NCBI GenBank assembly: GCA_040954595.2
Contig: CM082583.2
Coordinates: forward strand, 10,615,656-10,679,655
DNA: 64,000 nt
Source: Balanoglossus misakiensis
Taxonomy: Eukaryota; Animalia; Hemichordata
Direction of reading: 5' to 3'
This document shows positions 27,110 through 36,957 of this stretch, piece after piece (the stretch's first letter is position 1; every line of letters starts with the position of its first letter). Below the pieces are notes generated by a model. The model worked only from the letters and a program-made list of their open reading frames with translations. It was not told where the DNA came from and did not search any database. The position numbers and the translations under genes were made by a program.

Positions 27110-29747
27110 CTATTGTGAGTAACCCCTGCCACTGCCTTGTCTGGCCATGTACGCACTTCGCATAGGATGGGCTTTGTCAATGACTGGTCTTTCGAGTGCC
27201 TCTTTCAATTTCGCTTGATATTGGGCCTCTGCCTCAAGTCCTTTCAGGTATTCCCTGTACTCCTCGTCCTTCTCCACCTCTTTCCTCCTGATCCCAAAGT
27301 CAAGTTGTCCCTGCAGATCCGACTGGTATTGTAAGTTCTGGGCCTTGATTTTGGCTTCTCTCTCCGCCTCCAGACGTTTGTGTTCCTCGATGGCCGCTAG
27401 CATGGCTTCCTGTTCTCTGCGGGCTTCCTCTTGCAACACTTTGTTTTTCGCCACTGTGAACGGAATAGCATAAAACGATGAACTAAATGGGTGCCTGAGC
27501 CCTCATACTGGTTTGATCCAAATGAATGGAAACATGAATGAAATAGTCAATAACCCATCTATATTATGTTAGAAGCACACATGAGTAAACTATACAACAG
27601 ACTTGTCCCTTCGTTGTAGTAATCAGCAACTGATGGTAGCTTACATTTTTCTTCAAGTTGTTTCTGGCGTTCAATGAGCACTTCTTGCATTAACTTCTTC
27701 CTTGCTTCTCTCTCTCTGGCCCACTGATCCAGTCTCTTCTGCCACTGTTTCTCCACTTCCGCATTGACGACACGGTCCAACTCCTTCTCCCGGAGTTTCT
27801 CCTCTTCCAGCTGCTGGTGCAGGTAATCACGATAGCGGAGTTGTTCTTCGCGCAATTCAAGCTGAGGGGAAAAGAGAGGGGGAAATTGAACATGTCAGTC
27901 TTATTAGATCTGCAATTGTGACCTTAGTGGCATAACTACATTAAACATATTGGATATCAATGCAAACCCTGGCCTAAAACACTATCAAACATGAATCAGT
28001 CTAGAAAGCAACATAAGCCAATGACAGACATCATCATTACTTAGATACTCACTTTTCTTTGCTCTAGTTCCATAGCTTCATTGCGAGATTCTTCCAAGAG
28101 GTTTTCTAAGATCTTCATGTCCAATGCTAATTCTTCTTGGACTTCTTTGGCTTTCTTCTTCATCTTCAGTTTCAATGATCTGTCTAGTTCCTCCCTGGTA
28201 GCAGCCTGCCTGGCTCGTTTCTCTTCCAAGGCACGCTGCTCTTCCAACTGGCGCAGTTTTCGCTGCTCCCTCTGGAGGTGACAAAGAGAGATGGAACAGA
28301 CAATGAATGGATGGAGACAAGACAAATGTGATATGCCCACATGCATGAGCAAAAACAGACTCCTATAGGGTCAGGAAGAGAAAGCTTTTCAGGAGTGACC
28401 ATCTACACTGCACAAGTCTATATGACATTTAATATCCAAATGTCAATCTTTTTTCAAATGAATTATCATACAGGTAACTGCCTGGAATTGTTATGAGCAA
28501 CTTACCAAAAGTTCTGCCTCTTCTTGTATGAGTCTCTTCTCTTCTGCTTTCTGTTGTGCCAATGCTGCTTTCTGCATCTGCAGAGTGTCCAATACATCCT
28601 TATTTCTGGCCATAAGGTCTCTTGCCTCTCTCTCTTCTCTGGCAGCTTTGGCAAGTCTGTCTTGCTCCCACAGATCTGCGTACATTCGTTCCTCTGCTTG
28701 CTTCTGTCTGTCCATGTCTGCCTTGATTTCTAGTTGCTTCATACGCTCTGTGCAGACCTCATCTTGGTGGCGTCGTGACAGCGTGGCACGCAACTCTTCA
28801 CATTCATTTCTTTAAAGAGAAAATTGCACCAGTTGGGTTACCATTTTTCAATATGCAACAAACATGTCTTTAAAGTGAGACATGAAAACAGTACATAACC
28901 ACTGTCCACATGATAATTATCAGTAACAACCTTACCTCCATTTTTGATCCAGTTTTTCTGCAACAATCTGTAATCTTTCCTGCTCTCTCTTTTCTTTCAA
29001 GAACTTGGCTCTTTCTCGCATTTTGGCTTGTCTTTCTAGAACAGTTTCTTGTTTATCTTCCATCTCTTGCAGATACTGCTGTTCTTCTGCAGCTAGTAGT
29101 TCTCTCAATCTGCATAGATACAAGGAGCTATAGTGTGAATGCATGCCAATGTGAGAATATGCTTCTTCTTTTCTGGTGCATGGTAAACAGTAACAGTACT
29201 GGAAACATAACATTTTCCACTGAAATCTACATCACTTTGACCTCTTGTGAAGTATTACCATACCTTTGCCTTCTGTCTTCAAGATTGAATTCTTCTTGCT
29301 GAAGCAGACTTTTAACCCGGCTTTTCACTGTGTTCTGTTGGATACGTTTGTCTGTGATGGTTTCCCAATCATTTTTCAAGTCATACATTTTGTTGTATCG
29401 CACCAAGGACTCAGCTTCTTCTCTCATGTCATCTTGCTTCCGTCGTTCCAGAATCAAATGATCTGGGGGAAACTTACTGGGCATTTTCGCTCGCTAGAAA
29501 AAGAAAACAGACAAATAGATTCTGACTTTATTATTCAGTTTTCATTGGTGGCAATCCTGTGATGCAGTTGATTGTGTACAATTCATGGAAGTTATTATTG
29601 TCATATGCGAGGAATGACATTGAGCCTGTTGTGTCAACAACACTCATCGTGCAAACTGATAAATCGTTGTATACTTACGATTGCGACAGAATGTGGAGTT
29701 GGACCCGTGTATTCACGGGTCCTTCGTTTTGTCTGGTAGGCTAGCAT
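27110..29747 (-). CDS. CFAP53: Cilia- and flagella-associated protein 53 (CCDC11), 7 exons, ~518 aa
   Basis: Exons 29747-29679, 29493-29264, 29109-28936, 28809-28506, 28271-28053, 27861-27645, 27453-27110 (1557 nt, all GT-AG). N-terminus MLAYQTKRRTREYTGPTPHSVAI resembles the CFAP53 GPTP motif. It is followed by a long E/R/K/Q coiled coil (RLRELLAAEE, QKWRNECEELR) and a C-terminal HPMR. Confidence 0.9.
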
Positions 29748-30363
29748 GACGCTGACTGTTGTTGGTTCGGGTAAATGTCACAAGTAACTGATTCGATGCC
29801 GGATATGTCCAGCAACGTTGCAGTTCAACGGTAGGCTTGGAGACCAACAACACAAGTGGTCACAGACACCTCTGTATTAAATGTCCCTGAATTTTCGAAG
29901 AGTGCCAGTGGATCGCAGCCGTCGCTGGTATTCTCAACAATACGCTGTAAAATATATCGAAAGAAACACAGCAAAATCCAATCTGTGCCGTCAAAATGTC
30001 GGATATGCCGTTCGATGGAGCGAAAATACAGCGCCCGACTGTATACGTCAGATTGCCATAGAGACAAAGTTCTAAATACAGAGCGCCCTCATTAAAATAA
30101 GCCTCTTGCAAACATATTTTACGTGGTCAAGAATATTTGCCAGTTATACACGAAATGGTGTAATACCTCTCATTTGGAAGTATTTGGAAGAACTTTAACG
30201 AATACATGACCACAATTTTGTATTAAGATATCTTAATAAAGACGAGTTTTATGTTTTCTACGTATACATTTGTACTGATTTGGGACGAGTATATTATAGC
30301 GCCCTCAGGTGACATCTTCATTTAAGCGGTGTTGTTTGAAAAGAGTAAACTGCGGAAAAGACG
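29748..30363. promoter_or_regulatory. Bidirectional promoter of CFAP53 and SKA1
   Basis: The start codons diverge with 616 bp between them, in CpG-rich sequence. Contains X-box-like ATTGCCATAGAGAC (30052-30065), CTCF-like TAGCGCCCTCAGGTGA (~30297-30312) and a CHR TTTGAA (30335-30340) preceded by GCGG. Confidence 0.7.
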
Positions 30364-32034
30364 ATGGATTCTCAAAATCTGGACGAACTTCACCAGCATT
30401 TCTCCGAGAAAGTCGAGGGTATCAAGAAGTGCATGCAGATGCATGACTGTGGTGAGTTTCTTGGTGAAGTTATATGGGCTTGGGCCCAAGTTTTGAAATT
30501 TGCGGTCCAATGGCCAGACTCACTGGCCTGGCTCTTCTCAGACATCAATACAATGCCAAAGCCAATAATGCAATATACCACCATTGACATACTATTTATG
30601 GCAGCTCCATTGGACTGATAGATTTGTGAGTCTATGGACATAACGGAGGTGTCACGAAGCATCATAGATCCGTGGTAGCTCCATGATATCACAGAGCTTT
30701 GTACCGTCTTCCAAAGCCAAGGTACCCCTCCCACATCCACCCCACTCAACACGACAATAGATGGACTGTGTTCTGTAAATGTACAACCATTGGCCAATTC
30801 AACCTCACTTGTTCCCTCTTCTTGCTTTCCTCTGTGACAGTCACCAAAGACAACTGTCGGGAACTATTGCAGTGTATTCATATTCAACTCATCGGCACTG
30901 AAGATGTTATTACCCACATGAAGACATCAATTACGAATGAAAGGCAAAAATTAGTCGAAGTTCAGGTAAAAAGCAGATCTAATGATCACATTTATTGTTC
31001 ATTTTCATCACTCATAGATATTTCATCATTCATAGATATTTTATAGTTATGTTCTTATTTTATCTTTTTATAAAATAGGAGCTGATCAATGAATACAAAG
31101 AGTTTTTTGAGAATATTCAATACATGAGTAAACATTTACCAAACAGGCTACCAGGAAAACAAGCTACAACCAGCGAAAAAGCAAGGTGAAAGAAATGGTT
31201 TGTCTATTTTCTGACAAATTTGCTCCAACACAGTTCCAGTGTTAGTGCACCCCTTGAATCAATATGGCATGCGACTAACTCAAAAGTTCTTTCAATGTAT
31301 TTATGTACCACCTCACTTAATCATGTATTTTTTGTCTGGTCTGTTATAGCACAAAAGAGAAAGTTGTGCTACAAATCAGACATTCAGAAAACAAGGCCGA
31401 AAATGACAGATCTGTCAGTAGTAAACCTTCAAAACAAAGTGCGAGGATACATTATCCTAAGATGGAATATTTGACAATGGATGAGTTTGAAGACACACCA
31501 AAGTAAGCCAATCCCTAGCAAATATTTTCATTATACTTTGTGATAAATGTTCGTTTTGAGCAAAAGGAACCCTAACTAAATTTTCTTTACTTCAAATTCT
31601 TTACAAGATATATGAAGGGTCGACTGAGTTATGACATCATGAACAACGTTGTGGATGGTATCAATAAAGTAATAGAATACAAGTACAAATTGAAGGCACA
31701 GCCAAGAAACACTGTCGGTGAAAATGACATGAAGAAACGCAAACAGTGGAAACAACAAGAAAATAAAGAAACCAAAGGTAAAAATATTCTTTATTGACTT
31801 GGAAGGGACACTGTCATATTTCTCTGTGGACGTCACATTTACATAACGATATTATCGGCGTGTTGCGTTCTTGTTACAGGTTTACATTTCTTCACAGATG
31901 AAGATTACAGAAAGTACAGTAGCTTGAAACTTGACAAGGCAACAAACAGCATTTTTACAATTCTGAGGCATCTAGGACGACTGACTGAGGTGCGCGGTGG
32001 TGGATGTACAAGATATTGTTTGTCACCGTATTGA
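30364..32034 (+). CDS. SKA1: Spindle and kinetochore-associated protein 1, 6 exons, ~265 aa
   Basis: Exons 30364-30451, 30841-30965, 31079-31185, 31350-31502, 31608-31777, 31880-32034 (798 nt). Microtubule-binding-domain motifs YLTMDEFEDTPKYMKGRL, QENKETKGLHFF and ILRHLGRLTEVRGGGCTRY. Confidence 0.92.
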
Positions 32035-32752
32035 AGATGAAAACTCAACACTTTCTGATACTTCCACTAGAGAATAATTAAATGTTTGTTCTGGAGTAGT
32101 TATAACTTTGTATGTAGTGTTAGTACAATATACTATGACTTTTTATGAAATAATGGTTGTGTCAAATGTCAAAGCAATTGTTGTAAATCATTTTAATAAT
32201 GAGTGGTACCAACAATACCTTTGAGTATTTATTAGGCATCCAACCACATTCAAAATCATGTCTGTGTCAAATTCAATCATTGTACATATAGTATCAAAAT
32301 GTACTTGGACTTGTTTGCTACATACATACTCTTCATTCCTCTCCACGCTATGAAAATTTGCTCATTTCACGCGTAAACTTAATGCACCAAGGTCAGATAA
32401 TGTAAAGAATATTTGTTCAATAGACCAACACCAACAGTAGCTAGGCTACTTGTTTATGTTATTCTAATAATAACTTGCTCAAGGAGAATAAATCGCCTGT
32501 CACTACATGTAGGGATGGATGATTCAATTTCATCAAGGTTTTCTACGACTATTATTATGTGTATCATACATCGCTATGCTATGGACATTCAGCAGACACC
32601 CCCAAAAGCATAATGGTATAGTCCGATGCGTTGGAAGCACAAAGGTCCCATCCCACTGATTGTGAGATAAATCGTATCCAAGGGAACACAGGTTGTGTTA
32701 CCAGTAAACTGTCTGCCTATTTAGCAGGCATATTGTCGGAATCCAGCGCTAG

Positions 32753-35564
32753 ATGATGATGATGATGAAAACTAGAACAAAATTATACACGATTTTGGTT
32801 TTGTGGTGTGTGATATTGCCTGGATCTCTCATTGGTGAGTCGCAAATACATGTACTAATAGCTTTCATTTGCCAACTCTTGGTGGGTTGGTTTTCTTTGC
32901 AGAGCTTAATTTGGTTTCAACCGATTGAATTCGAACTGATTCTATCCATGATGTGTCGAGACTCGCATCATTTTTGCTTTCATACATTTGTGTTGGTTCA
33001 TCGTCGGTTTGACAAAAATAGAACGAGGCAAATGGTCGTCTGTGTGTCAGTGGGTCCATGGAGTGATAGCATGCAGACATATTTGGAATCATGCTTATCA
33101 GTTAGCGTGACAGATATAACCTGGAAACCGCAGCGTCTGGCATTGATTTATGAAAAATGCATGACCGAGGGTCTAACAAAAATTGAGCGATGGCACAAAT
33201 TCTTCAGTAACTCCCTGAGGAACATGTTTGTCCGAGTCCGTTGTTTGGAGAACACTGTTTGGCTGTGATACAGTGGCCAGGGTCTCAGTCGCCTTTTCTG
33301 TTCTGTAGAATCAACTGGTCACGTGATCATTGATACCAGATGTAACATCAAATTACATGTACGTGATACATATCATATCATACCGAGATTGACTCACATA
33401 ACAACATATCGCACAAATAATTCAAATGCTACTGATGATTTGATTATTATCTGTCGAAAAAAGGCGCACCATAATACCATACACAAACAACAGAATGTGT
33501 CTTTTTCTAACATTTCTTTCGTTTATTTTGTGGAGACGGGAGTACCAACACCATGGACAACATACTGGACTATTTTCCCGAAACGGAAGGAGATGGACTG
33601 AACATCATTTGGGCGCACGCCGTCAACAGCCAAGCAGAACTGGATCAATATCTGGCAGGTTCGCACAGATTCACTGAACGGCTGTAATTTTTGGCTATTT
33701 TCCATCATTTTTGTTCTACGCATGGTCATTTGCATTGGTACAGGCCTAATACTTCAACAGGGAACTCGCCGAGGACTTGAGTGTAACCAGACAACGAGAT
33801 TGCGTGTGTTTGTGTGACTTTCGACAGTTTGAGGACGAACTTCTCATTAATTAAAGTTGCCGTAATTCATTCGATATCTCAGGTCAAATCATTTAACATT
33901 GAATCTTATTTGCAAAAATGTCAACTGCTTTGCCTGTCTAAAATAAACTTATAAGGGGTAGAAAATTTGTCACAAAAATCATAGACACTTGAGCGAAAGG
34001 GTCTTTGCAAAAACTGAAGAAAATCGTCATCATCTGATGTCACTAAAAACTTAGAACGCATTGTGGGTGAATTTCAGAAAACGGGCGTTGTACTTTCCAA
34101 TGGCTGTAAATACTCAGAAATGATGAGCAGAATTTCTTCAGGAATTGGTTGGATTTGTTTGTTAGTATCTGTGATTACGTTTTGTACACAGATGACACCA
34201 TGATGCTTGAGGCCGACGTCAGTCCCGAAAACAACACCGGCACGCCAATCATGGCACACCCGCCGGACGTCTACAGTGACATCACCCTGAACGAATGGAT
34301 CAACAAGACCGTGCAAACGGATAAAGGGATGAAGCTTGATTTCAAAGATATCTCTGTCCTCGAAGATTCGCTCGAAATCGTCCAGAGCTACGACAACGAT
34401 ATCCACCAACCGCTGTGGCTCAATGCAGATATAGTCCACGGGCCGAACTCCCCCAAAGAGCCAATACCACCTGTTGAATTCATTTCGACCATTAACAGCG
34501 GGTTTCCAGAAGTTGTTCTGTCTCTCGGTTGGACAACCGATTGGTATGATTCCGCCCCCGACGACATGTACACCTGGACCATGGTGTTCGATAATTTGCA
34601 TTACAGTTATCCGTGTGTGCAACCTGTAACATTTCCCGTCCGTGCAGTGTGGTCTGTGACGTCATGGACCAAGTTTGTAATGTTACTCGGTGTCAGTGAA
34701 GACTTCACCATCACTGTTTGGTCCGGAAGCGCCGATGTCGTCGACGTAGACGGGCTGGTGCAACTTCGACTTCACGGCGATATGGGAAGAATCTACTATG
34801 ACATTCCCGATGCTTTGATGGAGGAGTTCAGAGACGCTTTGGAAGCCTTGCCCACGGTCACTCCTTCCCCAAGACCTGCAGGCTGGGATAAAAACCTGTG
34901 GAGGGCAATAGAATCGGGTACCATCGGTGACAATGTGTACCTGAGTACAGATGTATACGCCGGTATAGTCGGCGCAAACAGCGGTGCTCTGGTTCAAAGC
35001 AGTGACCAGTATAAACCAGGCAGTGGTGGCCTGGACGTCGTGAGAGTGACGGGTCAGGTACAGTTTGTCTCCCGTGCGGACGGCACGCCCCACGCACAGG
35101 GCGACGGAGTGGAAATCCATCTGCGGACGTCGGGTGTCAGCAACCTCAAAGTTGTCCAGGACGGCATTCGCGTTTACATCGGTCGCGACGGCGAAGTGGG
35201 TCTGGAGTTCGTGGCAGCGAGTACTTCTGAGCCGGTTTTGGGACAACTCGATGCCAGTGACTGCTACTCTTTCGACATTTCGGACAGCGGTGAAGATTCA
35301 CCTGTCACCGCAGAAATTCGCCCCACAGAGTGCAGCGATGGGACTGGCTCAGTTCCGGCAAACACCGACCCTGTCACTCTTTCTCTCCAAGGGAACTATG
35401 AGACTGATTACTTTTACATAGTGATGTCTAAAAGTGGTGGTAATATCGATGTTCTACTGGAGGACGTCACTGTTCCGATCCTTTCCTCCGCTAATGTCGT
35501 CGCCACATCTTCTTTCGGTCTCATGGTGGCGCTTCTTGTTACCATCCGAGCCTTGACAACGTAA
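32753..35564 (+). CDS. FAM151/Menorin (DUF2181)-family protein, copy 1, secreted and probably GPI-anchored, ~525 aa
   Basis: Exons 32753-32834 (signal peptide), 33536-33658 (IIWAHAVNS) and 34192-35564 (MMLEADV, PIMAHPP, GMKLDFK, PLWLNADI, LSLGWTT, PVTFPVRA, IYYDIP). Ends in a hydrophobic tail after SS. AATAAA near 35852. Confidence 0.88.
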
Positions 35565-35634
35565 GAGCCTTGACAACAACGTAACTAACCGAAGAGCCTT
35601 GACAACAACGTAACAAACCAGAGAGCCTTGACAA
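35548..35634 (+). repeat. Four copies of GAGCCTTGACAA(C) spanning the FAM151 copy 1 stop codon
   Basis: Copies start at 35548, 35565, 35594 and 35623. Confidence 0.9.
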
Positions 35635-35882
35635 TGTACCAACTATCCAAAGACTAATCATGGTCTCATCAGAGATCTGGAAGAAAAGTATAGTTACGCA
35701 AAGTTTCCGCTAGATTCGCGAGTTTGCAAGTTGCTGAAAAACGATGGAACACGATATAGGTTCAAAATAATAATCCAACCAAATACAGATTTTTCTTTCT
35801 TATCAGATTCCGAATATATTTTATTACATAATTGAAATTATGACAAACTAGAATAAAAATTGTGTTCTATAATTGCTTGTAA

Positions 35883-36340
35883 ACGGCATACTAATTCTAC
35901 TCTGGTCTTTTCGAACAAATTGAATATGGTTTTCCGAATAGTCCTATCAGCGCTGTCATGGGCCGCTTTCTTCGTCGTAACAAGTAGGCCGAGTGTCCTG
36001 ATTTTAACTACTTTGAATATGCAATGATCCCGGGCTGATGCGGATAACGTTGGTCATTTTTGGACCGTACTTTATATGCAAAAGTGTTTAGAAGTAGGTC
36101 AACATATGTAAACCGTTGATTTTTGAAGATGATGCGGGGGTTGGATACTGTACATTTCTACTCAAAATCTACCCAAAAAAATAGGGTTTATAGTCATTGT
36201 AGACAGTTTTATCTGTCGTATGAAGTCCGAGTGGTCGATCTTAACTCTCCCACCAAATTAGATGGAAGCATAATGATTGTGAAAACGCTGACAACAAGGT
36301 CACTGATGTATACTACAAAACACTGTTTTGAATATATAGG
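35883..36340 (+). repeat. Direct duplication of the FAM151 copy 2 exon 1 region (matches ~36911-37410), including an intact signal-peptide exon at 35926-35983
   Basis: Colinear similarity with shared blocks such as TCGAACAAATTGAATATGGTTTTCCGA, GCCGCTTTCTTCGTCGTAACAAGTA and ATGAAGTCCGAGTGGTCGA. Confidence 0.88.
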
Positions 36341-36860
36341 TTTTGCATTCCCATTCAGTGTCGTCAAGGTTTTAGACTGACTACCTACAGACATGGCACG
36401 GGTCAATGGTCGTTGTGTGTGGAAAATTCGTAAATTACCAAGAGTTTTTAAGAGGTGTTTTAGCCTACTTGTTTTTTTATACGCATAGCACAACGATGTT
36501 GAAGAATCCAACCAAATTTAATCACACAATCGTTTGATGAGATAAAACAATGCAAACCGAATTATAACAACGTACACTGAATTGTAATTGACAAAGCAAT
36601 TGCTAAGGTTGTGTAAAAAAGTTTGTAGCATCAATTTTTTTCGCAAGTTTCTTGATCAAATAAATCACTCATACCAATAGACAGCGGTGCTTTAGTTCTG
36701 GATGCAGTGGGGTTCAATGTTATCAGTGGAAAATGCCCAGACTGACTACGTCCCATGGGGCGATGGGAGCTAGTGACCATATGGAACACTGCGACCTCTG
36801 GCTGGGGGCCGGGGGTGACAATGCACGCCCTATTAGTCTATATATTCAAATGCGGGCAAC

Positions 36861-36868
36861 TATATAAG
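36861..36868 (+). promoter_or_regulatory. TATA box of FAM151 copy 2
   Basis: TATATAAG, ~95 nt upstream of the ATG at 36958. Confidence 0.55.
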
Positions 36869-36957
36869 ACGGGTCAACGCTGAGGCGTAGTTCACTTGCA
36901 GTCCACATTTACGGCATACTGGTTAACTCTACTCTGGCATATTCGAACAAATTGAAT

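Noticed and set aside
32753-33268. 171-aa ORF as a stand-alone gene
   Set aside because: Only the first 27 codons are exonic (GTGAGT donor at 32835). The rest runs into intron 1 of FAM151 copy 1.
34074-35246. 182-aa and 187-aa antisense ORFs over FAM151 copy 1
   Set aside because: Shadow ORFs of a GC-rich coding exon, not kept at full length in copy 2.
35548-35634. CRISPR-like repeat-spacer array
   Set aside because: Eukaryotic context, 12-13 bp repeats, short mutually similar spacers and no cas genes. It is a slippage repeat.
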